Shown here in pieces: positions 12,943-25,421 of a DNA stretch of 64,000 nt. Origin of the DNA: Trichodelitschia bisporula (lineage: Eukaryota). The first letter of the stretch is position 1. Every line of letters begins with the position of its first letter. The position numbers and the translations under genes are program-made. Where the stretch lies: the NCBI GenBank assembly GCA_010356995.1, contig ML996710.1, positions 30,455 to 94,454 of the forward strand. Reading direction: 5' to 3'. Below the pieces are notes generated by a model. That model was not told the origin of the DNA, made no database searches, and saw only the letters and a list, made by a program, of their open reading frames with translations.

Positions 12943-15644
12943 TTGATGGCGAAAATTAAGACGAGAAAGACAGCAGTTCAAGCACAGCAGAGTGCGCCCA
13001 GCACTATAAACGTCAACGTATGAAGCAACGGGTCCAGGGAGTCGGCTGCAGGGCCGCGTACCAGCCTCCCGCCGTTTGCCGGACGGCCTCTTCCTGCAGC
13101 ATATATCACTCTCCGAACTCCGTCCATCTTGTGCGTTGCTCGTTTGAGAGGAAAGAGCTCGAGCGGTTCGGCGTCAAAGTGGATGTGCGCGGCGTCCCGT
13201 GGACGGAAAATGCTGCAAAAGGTGGTATATGCGGACGTGGCGCCAACATTGTTGTCATCTAGCTGCGGGCCTCAAGCCGGGAAGTGGAACGTGTTCTCGT
13301 CGCCACGAGATCCTCATCAGCATCCTCTATGCGTGCGGACACGACACGGGCGGGTATGGCTTCCGCCCGTGCAGCCTCCGTCACCCGCCGCATGCGCGCG
13401 CTGAAGATGATCGACGCGCCTGGCCCTAACATCCTCCTCTGGCCTAAGGCTACGACTCTTCAGCCGCCCGTCCCAAAGTCCATCAGCGCGGGAGATATTT
13501 TGATAGAGGATGCCTTCCCATCACCGCCGCCAACGCCGCCGTACACCCAAGGTCCGGCTGCTGGCTTCTCTTGCCCGGTGTCTTCTGCAACTAGGACCGA
13601 GGCGCACGAGTGCACGGCATGCGCTGTCGAGAAGATTCACAAGGAAGCCCAGGATCTGGCCGAAAAGATATAAACCGTTCTTCGCTGCTTCTTGAAGCAT
13701 ATATACCTCATGCCGATCCTCATAAAGGAAGAAGACAGCTCTCCCACGGCGAGCCCGAAGAGTTACGAGCGCATGATCAACGTCGCCTTGCCCTTCCGAG
13801 TTCGGGAGGTTCGGGTGCAGTCGACCCCTGCTGCTGGAAGTATATATCAGCGCGCAGCGTTCTGGCTCCTCCACCATATAAGCGGCCATGAGCTCTCAGG
13901 CCGCTCTGGAAATCACTAAGGCGACCGAGGAAACGTACGGTTGTGAGGGGTCACTGTATGGGCAGGCCGACATATCCATCATCAGCAGTATCAACATGTT
14001 GACTCCGGCATCCATCGCTCGAGGCGAAGTGTCATGGTCTCAGCACGTCAGGCCCTGCCAGTGCGTTGCTGAACCATACCACGTGATGCAGCCGCTCGGT
14101 GCCAAGCCCAGGGTCCACTCCCACCCCGCACCTGCATTCCAGTTCTAGACCTTTCATGTTTCCTCTTCATAGCAGTATTTTCAGTCATACACGCACTCAG
14201 CACATTTGATGTCCCAGACGTTGCCCGTGACACGAAGAGTCTCATATGTTTGCTTTCTCGCCCATCAACCAACAAACGCCTTCGAAGGCACCGGGTCGTC
14301 CCCAGTCGCGTTATGATTCTCGCTTCTCCTTGAAGCATATATCACTCTGTAGCCTAGGCTGAAAGCTCATCATCAGTCGGTCGCCGCTCTATCACGAAGC
14401 TTATGTCGACTCGTGGGCCCCTTCTTCTTGAAGCATATATACGACGCGGCTGAACAGTCTGACGGCACCATTTCGTCTTTCGAGGGCCTTCTGATCGGCA
14501 AGCCTCGGTGGAATGTGCTGCTACCTGCCTGCATTGTTTATAAGCACCGGATTGATCGGCATGTTGATCGGACTCGCGAGACTGCCTTCCGGTTGGGGTG
14601 GGTACTCGACGATTTCGGTCTTTGGCTTACATATATCCGCACCCCGTCCGCTCCCCCCAGAATGTGCTTCCAGATGCACTATCTGTACTCGTGCGGTCAC
14701 GATCCAACAACATCCGCCCTGCCCAAGTGAGTCGGAAGCGTAAGGCCGGAGTCAGCAAAGAAGGACATCGAGCCAAACAAGCGCTGAGACCGGCGGACAC
14801 GACTTCCGCCCACGTCGTCGTCCTGTGGGCTGTGTTCAGTCGGATCGAATATCAAAGTGTTCTCAAGAATTGTATACGGAAAGAAGGCGGATGTCGAAGG
14901 TCGCGGTGGTTTATTTTACTGTAATACTGTTCGTGCCATACTGTGCTGGTGTCTTGTGCCTATGTGACATTTTCAGATGAAGGGGTCGTGGCATCATAAA
15001 GGATATCAGAAGAGTGAGACGACGCTCGAAAATGAATCTATAACGATATCAAGTATCCTCATACTCATTCCTCCCATTATGCGCATGTCAGATCATGCTC
15101 CAGGCTACTTTTGGCTACCAGTCGGCGCACTCCTCGCTGACAAAGAAGAATATCTCGGACTCTGTCACCGCCACCGATCGCGCTATGGAGAGCATGGTAC
15201 GTCAGCGCCGGAAATCCAACACGGCAATATGGTATACAGTCCTACGTGCAGTCTGCCTCATCCTCTCCAATCAACAATATCCCCACACCCAGCCCGCCTC
15301 CGCCCGCCATCCCCCCCCTCCCCAGCCCTAACCGCCCACCGATCGGAAAATTCCTAACCCTAACCCAATCCCCGCGCCGATCCCCCTCAAACAAGGCAAG
15401 CCCCAGCCTCGGCCAACGCAAACATTTCCCAGAAGCGTTGGGCCCGCGCCGTCCCGCAGCGCTAGCCCGGTGGAACACATATGTCCCTGCAGGACCCTGC
15501 ATATTGGCGATACCCGAGTCCGATGGCCCAGGCCCGGCGTCACTCGCGGACTCTATCTGAATTCGGAAATCGGAGGATATATGCCGGGACCCGCACTTCA
15601 ATTGCCCGTTTTGCGCCGATCTCTAACTTGCGTCGCTCACTAGC

Positions 15645-17553
15645 ATGTCTTTCGTTATCCAACTCGCCGGCCTCGCGGCGCTCGCCACGATGGCGGCGGC
15701 GCAGGCCAAACTCGCCTACAACGTGCGCTCACTCTCTGCTCCCGAGCCCGCTGACCGCATCCGCAGTACCCCGACTCCCCCGCCTACCCCGCTCCATCCG
15801 CTTGGGCCGCCCTCAATACCTCCGTCCCGGGCCAGCTCTTCTCCTGCGCAACCTGGAATCATCCCGCCTGCGGCGACGTCTCGCTGCGCGCGACACACGT
15901 CCTGCTCGCGCGGTCAGAGGAGCACATTGCCCCCGCTGTGGCCTTCGCGAGTAAACACAACATTCGGGTTTCGGTGCGGAATACGGGGCATGATTTCATG
16001 GCGCGGTAGGTTGCCCATCTTTGGTATGAATGCGAGCTGAGATGGCAGGCACTCCGCGGCCGGTGGGCTTACGGTCGTCACGGGGGGCATGAAGGGCGCG
16101 ACGCCGGTGGATGTGTGGGTGCCTAGCGCTGGCGGCGAGGCGTTTAAACAGGCTGAGAAGGCGAGGGGGCAACAGGCTGTCATCATTGAGGCGGGCATGA
16201 TGTGGGCAGAAGTCCTCCGCGTGCTCTCTGGCAAGGGGAGGGCCGCGGTGCACGGTGCGGATCCGGTGAGCTTTCATCATCCTCACATCCCTAACCCCAA
16301 CCCTCGCGCTGTTCACCGCATTTGCCCACCTGCTGACCCTTTAGTCCGTCGGCGCCTCCGGCGGGTGGACCCTCGGCGGCGGCCATGGGCCATACGTAAA
16401 CCTGCACGGCCTAGGCTGTGACAACGCGCTCGAATTCACCGTCGTCCTCACCAACGGGACCATACTCACCGCCAACGCCGACAGCCACCCCGATCTTTTC
16501 TTCGCGCTCCGCGGCGGCGGCGGCGGGACCTTCGGCATCGTCACCCGGACGGTGATGAAAACCTTTAACCAACCAAGCATGCCGACGGCCATGCTCACCG
16601 TCAGCTACGGCGACAAGGGGCGGGACGGATATCTCGACGCCATGGCATATTTCTTCGCGCAAACGCCAAAGATGAACGACTTCGGCGTCACCGGGTACCC
16701 GGTCATGAGCGAGACGTCGTACGGCGGGTCGCTGACGGGGCCGGGGAAGACAGAGGACGAGGTGCGCGCTTTTGTCACACCGATGGTGGAGAGGATGCGC
16801 GCGCTTGGGGCGAAGGTGAGCATGACGCTTGGGTCAAGGCTGGGGGGCATGTCGAAGGGCGATTTGGGCGCGCTTGCGGGGCTGTTTGGTGGAGCGAAGG
16901 GCGCCGGGATGGGGGGCTTGCCGAAGGGCGATTTGAGTGCGCTTGCGGGGCTGTTTGGCGGAGCGAAGGGGGCAGCTGCGCCTCGCAATTCGGCGACTCT
17001 GTTCTATGGCCCGGACGGCAGCATCCGCGTGCCTGATGTCCTGGGCGCGCTCCACAGGCACCGCAAGCGGCAGGCTGTCGATATGTCGCCTGTGCACCAA
17101 ACGCCGGTCGCGAGCATGGCATCGCGCCTTCTCGCGCGCTCGGCGCTGAGCGAGGAGAATATTCCAGCCATCCGCGCAATGCTGGCAAACGTCACTGGCT
17201 TCCTGCTGCCGTATGGGAACCTCGGCGGGCAGGTGTCCAAGAACAAGGCCTTGGATGTTGGCGTCAATCCAGCGTGGCGTGAGGCGAGTATGCACCTTAT
17301 TGCGATTAGCTTCAATGTGACGAACAACTTGCGGGCGATGGATGGGTTGAGCGTGGACTCGGCTGCGTACCTGAATGAGGCGGCGGATGTGCAGGAGAAG
17401 GATTGGAAGCGGACGTTCTGGGGGCCGAAGGAGCACTATGCGAGGCTGTTGGAGGTGAAGAAGAAGTATGATCCGACTAACACGCTCTGGTGTTTTCCGT
17501 GTGTTGGGGCGGACGTGTTTGCGCAGAAAGAAGGGCGGTTGTATGTGTCGTGA
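15645..17553 (+). CDS. Secreted FAD-linked oxidoreductase (VAO/berberine-bridge-enzyme-like), ~580 aa; exons 15645-15722, 15767-16005, 16049-16265, 16345-17553
   Basis: Signal peptide; spliced VRNTGHDFMARHS (flavinylation His), SVGASGGWTLGGGHGP, DLFFALRGGGGGTFGIVT, AYLNEA, and C-terminal BBE-type FWG..YARLLEVKKKYDP. All three introns keep frame. Confidence 0.92.
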
Positions 17554-17826
17554 TGTTGTTTGGGAATCAAATGTCTCCGCATATAATATGACGTCATTTT
17601 CGGCTCATTAGCCGGATCACACGCATCGGTCCCGAGATCCACAGAAGTCACTTGCGCAAGTGTACAAGCACTCATTGCAATGAGATTGTATGGAACAAGT
17701 GGGAAAACCAGTCATTGATAAACAGCAAACATATCTCTAAAGTCCCCCAACAGAAGCGAACAATCAAAACAGTAGCGACAGACATAACCATAACCATGAC
17801 AAGAAAACACAACAAGCGACAGGCCC

Positions 17827-18459
17827 CTAAAAGATAGAAATAACCGCCCCAACAATCGGTCCAATCGTCTTGATGATATCGAGCACCTCACCCAGCAACG
17901 CAACAATGCTCCAGTTCATCTTCGTGCGACAATGCAGCGTATTGCTCTGCACAATCCTGGCCCAATTGCGCTGCACATCCGCATTATACCGCGTCTGATC
18001 CGCATCCGAATCACGACTGCCAGGCGAGAAAGTGCCATGAATAGTCCCGGTCCGCGACAGCGCATACGCACGGCCATCAGCATCGCGCAGCGCACACGAG
18101 ATGCCGTAGTTGTACGTCGCGGCGCCGGAGGCGTGGAAGTGCGTCTGGAAGCGCACGTTGCCGTTCGAGTTGAACACCACGAGCGAGCTGCCCGACGCTG
18201 CGACACCGCCGGGGAAATGCCAGTTGTTGGGGTAGGAGAATGAGGTGGGACTGGCGCGCTTGGATAGCGTGCTGTTGTCGAAGCTGGCGATCGGCTCGAT
18301 GGCGGCGTCGAGTGGGATTGCGAGATCGGGATTTGCGGCGGCGGCGGCGGCGGCGGAGGCGTCGTCGGCGATGCTGACTTCGGATGGGAGGGCGGCCGGG
18401 AGGGCGTTGGTGAGGGCGAGGCCGCTCAGAAGGAGGGGAAGGATGGTCAGGAACTTCAT
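17827..18459 (-). CDS. Secreted protein with acidic propeptide and KR (Kex2) site; function unknown
   Basis: MKFLTILPLLLSGLALTNA signal, LSKR|ASP site, beta-rich mature domain with 2 Cys, hydrophobic/amphipathic C-terminus; TATAAA on the - strand near 18606-18611. Confidence 0.85.
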   Translation of the reverse strand: MKFLTILPLLLSGLALTNALPAALPSEVSIADDASAAAAAAANPDLAIPLDAAIEPIASFDNSTLSKRASPTSFSYPNNWHFPGGVAASGSSLVVFNSNGNVRFQTHFHASGAATYNYGISCALRDADGRAYALSRTGTIHGTFSPGSRDSDADQTRYNADVQRNWARIVQSNTLHCRTKMNWSIVALLGEVLDIIKTIGPIVGAVISIF

Positions 18460-21200
18460 GGTGATGGTTGAGGGAGTGTGGTGTAGGGAGTGACTGAAGA
18501 CAAAAACGAAAGTGTCTGAAAGTTGAAGCGAGAGTGGACTTTGATGCGAAGCTGCTTGATGGAGAACTGGAGCGATGGCCTTCTTCTACCGCAGATCGTC
18601 TGCTCTTTATATCCGCGGTCACTGGCAGTCAACTGCATCTGATCCATCGAAGCAAAGGGCTGGCCGTGATGATCGCAAGACCTTGTGCTTTTAGAACATG
18701 GAAACACCCAATGAAGCTCTTCAGCGTACCATCATCAATGGCCCAAAATTTCCACATTCCGAGCTCCGACAGAAGGCTGAGTGCCAACTCACGATACAAC
18801 CGCATCACAGGACGTCCAGCAAAACTAGAACACAAGGCTGAGCCGACAACCCCGCCCCCACATGCGATCTCTGCGTCACTGAAGTCTCCCATCTGATTTT
18901 AGCCGAAACGGCCATGCACCTTGGCCGAGCACCTTGGCCGAGCTCGGCAGCCTCTGTGGGCGACCGGCTGGCCAAACCACGGAGATGCTGCCATCGGCTG
19001 AAAACTTTGCGGAGGGGGCGATTGGATCGAGGGCCGACGAGTATATGGCCAAGGCGGTAGTTGCCGTTGAGCTGAGGTGTGGGGGCCGGTCTTCGGGGCT
19101 GACCGAGCCTTGGCCGATCTGGGCGATCGCTTCTCTCAGTCTGGATGGTCTAGACCCAGACAATGCAAAGATGTGAAGCTTTCGCAAGATTTGTTCATGC
19201 TTCGACTTGCAGGGGGTTATGGCCCTTGGGAGGAGTCTAAAAACGGAACCCGTTGTCGGAGTTCTCATGGCTTTCAAGGATGTCCGTCAAGTGGCCAATC
19301 AGAAGCCCTGGATCCTCCCGCTCTGAACGAGGCTGAACATCGGACGGGAGCACAGCCGCACTACGAGTTCAAGTCCCACGTCTGCCTGCAATTCCAAGGG
19401 TTTTCGAAGCGGTAGAGTGCGTAGTAAATGATGAGTGTCTGTCTTCAGAGCGGCGAGCCGCCTGGGCGATATGGATCAGGACCAAACGCTCTCCGAAAAA
19501 GTCGTGGCCGCCCTGCCGGGTAAGCGTTCTTGACTGAAAACAAATGCAATGAGGAAACCAAGCTCGTATATCGTTGAGCTGCCTCCTACAGCTTGCAATC
19601 TGCTGGAACTGAGTCAACCAGCCGTTTTGTTGCGCTTGATACTGCCTGTCCTCCGTAGCTAAAGAAGACATATATCCAGTGGGGGGCCGACCATCATTTG
19701 TTTGGGGAGACCGACAGAGAGAGTGAGGAGGAAAATGCAGTCTTCGTCCAGCCTAGGTGGTAGGATTGCACATAATAGGACGCTATTTGGATATGTTGTA
19801 GCCAAAGTAGCCAATTGCACTGTCGAGTCCGCCGTCTAGACTGGTCCCGAGAATGGCGGGTAATCACTCCGTCCAGTGGGACGAAGATTTACTATGATCT
19901 AGAACTAGACGGTTCCTGAACATCTTGGCCTGCCCGATCCAACATGCCACAGGTTGAATTTCAACGTCAGGTTACTGGGTTTCCATTTTCTCTATCGTGT
20001 CCATTTTCTATATCTCCCTAGCGGTCTCTATTAGGGACGCCAATGATAGCATCCCGCAGATATTCGCTATGCTTTGACGGGTTACACTGGTACTGCCCTA
20101 GACCGGAGTCGCATATTCCAATTGTCCCATTCTATCTTTATCCCCATCGTTCCCTAACGTTGATATCAGAATATAACGCCTTTCCTCCAGTTCGCCATAT
20201 ACGTACTCGCGTCATCTCTGCACGCTAAAAGCGCGCGCTACTGACAGGTATAGAAGCGAGATCATCGGCCTGAGCAGCTGTCGCTGCAGCACCAAGGGGC
20301 CTCAATCGGCTCGTCGAGATCATTTTCGGATATAGAGGTTATCTGTCGTTGTTCGTCGTTTCCGAGTTGATGAGTTCGTCCGTCTTTTTGTCAGTCGCCA
20401 TGTTCTCGTTGTTCGCAATCTGGTTAGTGGAGGCGCATGTGGTGGTCGGGAGCTCCTGCTTTTTGACTCCACCTGGAGTCCGACGGCGAATGCACCTGGT
20501 ATATAAAGTATACGGTGATATGGCGCATCAGTATAAAGCTGCTTTCGTTAATGATGGCTATTGGGGAGAGCGCAGAGTGTGCAACTGACTGTTACATGCC
20601 TATTCCGCAGCCCCGCTGCAACGACAAGACCTACTGCATGAGGCTGTGACATCGAATCGAACGCCCCGAAACCGCTGGATTGCTGCCGTTCACTTTGGCT
20701 TTCTGCGTGTGGATCTGCGTGTGGATGATAGTCACGCTATATTGTGACGCCTCTGAAGAAGCCAGAGCTCATTGGGGGCGGCCCACAAAAGCTATACGTA
20801 GAACCCATATATGTATAGGGGTTTGGGCCTCCTCGTTATATACACGGACTGTAAGGGTAATACGATTAGCGCCCGACATATCTTAAAGAGGCAAGTTGAC
20901 GCGGTTGACGAAAATAGCATGTCCTTCGGACCCGTGGTGAGTATCCCCTATGGTACAGCTTTAAGAAATACGTGGAACATTAACGCACAGAGCATGCCAT
21001 TTCCCGTGAATAAAGGCACATCCGCTTCATGACAGCTACGAAACAAGCAAACATATGCCCCTTGAATAACTCACGTCTCATTCGCCTACCACACTCCTCT
21101 GGTAACCAGGTTTGCCCTTCGGCAAAGAGACCGAAGTCTCCCTGCCCGCTTTCCGCAAATCTGACACCTCGTTAGTGCTTGAAGACTTCAACCAGAACGC

Positions 21201-21974
21201 CTAAGCCAGCTCCAACCGCTCCAGTCCATCGACCAATCCATCAACGTGACCGTTCTGCTCAAGCGTAACAAGAGTTGAAACCAGGTGGACCCTCTCCTCG
21301 TGGTTGAACACATTCCAGCGATGCAAGACCTCGACTTTGAACTCGTCGCCGTCCTGAAGCCAGTCGTTCTGCGCTCTCGCCACATAACCATCCATAGTAT
21401 GCGCTCTGAGCAGCCACACGCGTCCCCGAATGACAGTCGCAAGATACTCCGGCATTTTTGGCGGGCGCCTCTTGGTGGTGGCCGGCAGATTCTTAAGACG
21501 CAGATTCCAAGCCTTCATAGCCATGAGCACAGCAACAGCCTCGCCAACATGACCATGCCGATCGCGCAGGATGGAGACAACCAAGCCAGTACCCACGAAG
21601 TCGGCGATCACACTTGCAGCCTTGTCACCGAAGGAGTACTGAAGCGAGACGCGGCGCAGGGCGGAACGAAAGAAGTACTCGGAGACGAGAAGGAGGAAGG
21701 CTTCGATCGCCATACGTACGCGGTCTTTCCTGTCCTGGCGGTGGTAGGCTTGCGCGAGGGCAAGCATGCCGACGGCCTCGCTCAGGGTGTTGCACCGGGT
21801 TGCTTCGGCGGCGTTGCCTGGCTGGCTGAGGAGGGTCAGGATGGCGGTTTCGGAGGCGGGGAGGGGATGGGGGATGGCGGAGGAGGAAGGGAAGAGGATG
21901 GTGACTTTGAGGTATTGGAGGTGGCTATTTTGCCACCTCCCGCCGGCGATTGAGCTCCGGACGGCGAGCGGCAT
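21201..21974 (-). CDS. Hypothetical protein, ~257 aa, single exon
   Basis: Likely start MPLAVRSSIAGGRW after a CA-rich leader; natural amino acid composition; no family recognised. Confidence 0.6.
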   Translation of the reverse strand: MPLAVRSSIAGGRWQNSHLQYLKVTILFPSSSAIPHPLPASETAILTLLSQPGNAAEATRCNTLSEAVGMLALAQAYHRQDRKDRVRMAIEAFLLLVSEYFFRSALRRVSLQYSFGDKAASVIADFVGTGLVVSILRDRHGHVGEAVAVLMAMKAWNLRLKNLPATTKRRPPKMPEYLATVIRGRVWLLRAHTMDGYVARAQNDWLQDGDEFKVEVLHRWNVFNHEERVHLVSTLVTLEQNGHVDGLVDGLERLELA

Positions 21975-22537
21975 TATGATGGTGAGGCCGCCGGTGATTG
22001 AGGCGGTTGAGGAGTGATGAATGAGGGATGTTGTTGAGAGAGTGGTGTGAGATGTGGTTGAGGAGGTGATGAATTGGCGTGGTGGTTGGAAATGGTAAGT
22101 TGGGGAAATGGTGTGTGGGAAGTGGAAGGCTGAGGAGGTTGTCGAGGGATGGTGAAAAGAGGAGGTGGTGTGGAAAGTTGTGCATGTTGATACGCAAGTT
22201 TGTGGGCGACGACAGAGTTGGTGAATGGAAGACTGCCAAGGAGCGATATTCAAAGTTGAAGTAGAAGTCTTGGAGGTTTGTCATGTCTAGCCTGCTTTAA
22301 GCTAATAGCTATCGTGTCTTCGCACAGTTTGTGCTGCACGGCCGCCATATACTTAAGCATAGATGGCTGCCTCAGCCTTCTGATCTGTCATTTGATGAGA
22401 AAGTACCTACACAATCATAAGCACACTCTGAATCCCCACAGCCAGCTCACTAGAAAGTCCATCAGCATCTCGAGATCAAGAACGCGGACTCCCGTCTCCC
22501 TCCGCCGAACACAGCCTCCCTCCCACCTCCCACCCCC

Positions 22538-23326
22538 CTAAATCGCCGTCCACCCATTATCCGCCCCCACCAAACTCCCATTCACCGTCCCAACCCCGGG
22601 ACTCGCAAGCAGCACACACAACCGCGCAACCTCCTCCACCTTATTCCACGGCGTCTCAGTAGCAAACGTCTTCCCCACCAACGCCACCCCCTCCGCATGA
22701 TACTCCCTCTTCCGCCCCTCCCCCCCCATCCCCGTCTCCATAGCCCCAGGTAGCACCCCAACTGCCCGAATCCCTTTCGGCCCGTAAAAGGCCGCTGTGT
22801 TCCGCGTTAGGCCCACCAATGCGTGTTTACTCGCTGTGTACGCGGCGCCGGCGCGGTGCCCTCGGATCCCGGCGGCCGAGATTATGTTCACGATCACGCC
22901 GCGCGTGCCGTCGTCTCTGGCCTCCTGGGCGAGAAACTGGCGCACGCAGGCCTGGCTCGTCAAATACGGGCCGGTGACATTGACGAGCAGGTTCTTATCC
23001 CACATTTCGCGCGGGCAGTCCCCGACGGGGGCCATGGCGTCGTTGATGGCGGCATTGTTGATAAGGATGTCGATGCGGCCGTACTTGGTCACCGCTTGTT
23101 CAACTGCCGAGGCGACGTCGGTGTCGGAGGAGACGTCGCAGCGCAGGGTGAGGAGGGTGGGCGAGTCCACGGCATCAAGGGCCGCGGGGCAGGATTCCAG
23201 CGCGGAGGGGTTGACGTCTGCGATGATTACGTTGGCGCCTTCGGCGAGAAGGGCGCGGGAGATGGTTAGGCCGAGGCCGGAGGCGCCGCCGGTTACGATG
23301 GCGGTGTAGGAGGGGAGGAGGGGCAT
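22538..23326 (-). CDS. Short-chain dehydrogenase/reductase (classical SDR)
   Basis: TGGASGLG, DILINNAA, NIISAAG and YTASK motifs. Confidence 0.95.
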   Translation of the reverse strand: MPLLPSYTAIVTGGASGLGLTISRALLAEGANVIIADVNPSALESCPAALDAVDSPTLLTLRCDVSSDTDVASAVEQAVTKYGRIDILINNAAINDAMAPVGDCPREMWDKNLLVNVTGPYLTSQACVRQFLAQEARDDGTRGVIVNIISAAGIRGHRAGAAYTASKHALVGLTRNTAAFYGPKGIRAVGVLPGAMETGMGGEGRKREYHAEGVALVGKTFATETPWNKVEEVARLCVLLASPGVGTVNGSLVGADNGWTAI

Positions 23327-25421
23327 TGTGTTTTGAAGTGGGGGTGATGAACGGAATTTTGAGCTAGGGGATGCGTGCGGGGGAGGGATGTTTTATGCTA
23401 GTCAGGCTTCCGTGGAACGGGATGGGCGCAGGGATAGATTGGATGTGATGTACTAGGGACGGGTAACTTAATATACTTGCCGGGGGATAGGTCGCTTGCA
23501 TTAGGACTGCACATCTCGGGGGCGGATGATGGGGACTGAGGGGAAGGATTATAGTTGTGGTTCGGAACGAGGCTAACCGCTCCAGCTCTCACGGCCCCGC
23601 ACCGACAAGTCCCATCCCATGCAAGGCTGATCCACGTGACCTGCCGCGGAGCTCTCCACCACTCACTCCCCAACGGCGTATATCCTGAGGACCTACAAAA
23701 CACTCAGCTCCCCAGCGCCTCTGACAGGCGCTTCAAAACCACTGAGACTTACACATTTACACCTCATCGACTTTCAGTACCACATGCCCACCTCGAGCAC
23801 CGTGGAAACGGCCTCCCGATCGTCCCAACACCGCGAGCTTTAATGGCGCCCTCAGCGTGCCCCCGTCAAGTTTAAAATTCTTCAAGGAGCTCAACCCGCA
23901 ACCAGCAGTCATGCGGATTGCGCTGTCCGGCCTGGTGTCCGGCCTCCTTCGCGCCGGGCGTAGCAGGGCATGGATCTAGGTCGAGATAGATACTCCGCCG
24001 GGGACTCCATAAGCGGAGAGCAAAACGGAACAAACCTTCCAGCCAGCCCACCCAACCCCCACCACCCCCCCAAACCCCACCCTCCCCCTCAATCCCGATA
24101 CTCCGCTACCTCAATACCATCCCCCCCCGCCAGCCCCCGCGTTCAAAGCAGGGACATATCCCTCCAGCCGCATCATCCCCCGAATCCAACCCCACCGTTG
24201 AACGTAGTCCACGCGGCCAATGGAAACGTCCTTGCATAGCCGCGGTAAGGGCGGGGGGGGGTGTACGTCCCTGGGCTGACCTGGGGAGCTCGCAGGACGT
24301 ACCGAGTATCAGTTGGGGATGTCGGGGGTGGGAGTGGGGGCACGGCATACGCGGACTTGACATGCGGAGGGGGGTGGGGGGGGGGTTAAGCCTTCAGCCT
24401 CACTCTACGCCCTCACATCTTACTAGGACTAAACCAACGCCATCTCCGCACCGCGACCGCACACTCAGCCTAATCCACTCCTCAAACCCAACAGGCAACA
24501 CCACTCCGCCCACCCCGCTAAGCCAACATCAAGAACAGGTCAAAGCCTGCAGGCACGGGCGAGCCTCAACGGACGGCAGCCCAGAGCGGGGGTGAGATCC
24601 CGCGCCGCAGCTCTTAGCACCCGGTGCAGAGCATCCTGCCTAACTCAGCCTCTCGCCCACTCTCAAATGCAAAACGAGAAAGCACCTTCGGCTCGCCCGC
24701 CACCTACACAGGGTCGAGCTTCAATCCCGGTCCGCTTAGTGCTGTTCCTCGAGATTTAGTTTATATACTTCTGTCATCGCGTCATCGCGTCATCACGAAC
24801 GAACACCGCCCTCCGCATTGCGAACTGGCTCAAGACTGGGTTCAGCGAAAGGAGGCGGATGCTTAAGGCCGGTTCGAGGAGGGGAGAGGGGATTCGGACC
24901 TGCTATGTGACGCTGATGGGGAAGGGGGTGCTATGTGCGATTCGGTGGGAGAGGGCGAGAGCGAGGGTGAACTTGTGAGAGGGGGACAGCGAAGCGGATG
25001 GCGGGGGGTAGATGAGGCTGGAGGGGAGGATTGTAGAAGACTCGGTTTGCGGGAAGGGCGGTCTGAAATGGCCGAGGCTGGATGTGGTAGATGGATTGCA
25101 CGTTGGCTGTCAGAAACTTGACGGCACATGTTCTCGAAAAGAAGTGAGAAAGGCAAGGACTCAGAGCCAAAGTCCTAAAGTGAGTAAGGAATGAAGGGCA
25201 CTGCACAAGGGAAAGCAGCATAAAGAGGAAGGCATCTCAATGCCGCCAGCCCAAAGGCCACAAATGCATCACAACGCAATCACGTCAAAGGCATCAACAC
25301 TCAGAGATCCTCATTAGGATTAACGATTAAAAAAAAGGCCTCCCAACGCTTCAACCGCTCCGAGGACCACCCCAAACCATCATCACATATCCAAAAACCC
25401 CATCATGAGCCTGGAGAACAC

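Larger units (their letters stand above)
7000..14950 (+). pseudogene. Region of decayed gene relics (RIP-like); products unidentifiable
   Basis: At least 7 canonical + strand introns (7051-7103, 7635-7681, 7989-8035, 8930-8971, 9716-9771, 10746-10789, 11661-11715) but only short ORFs broken by stops; TATA/TATAT runs are frequent in otherwise GC-rich DNA. Confidence 0.55.
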
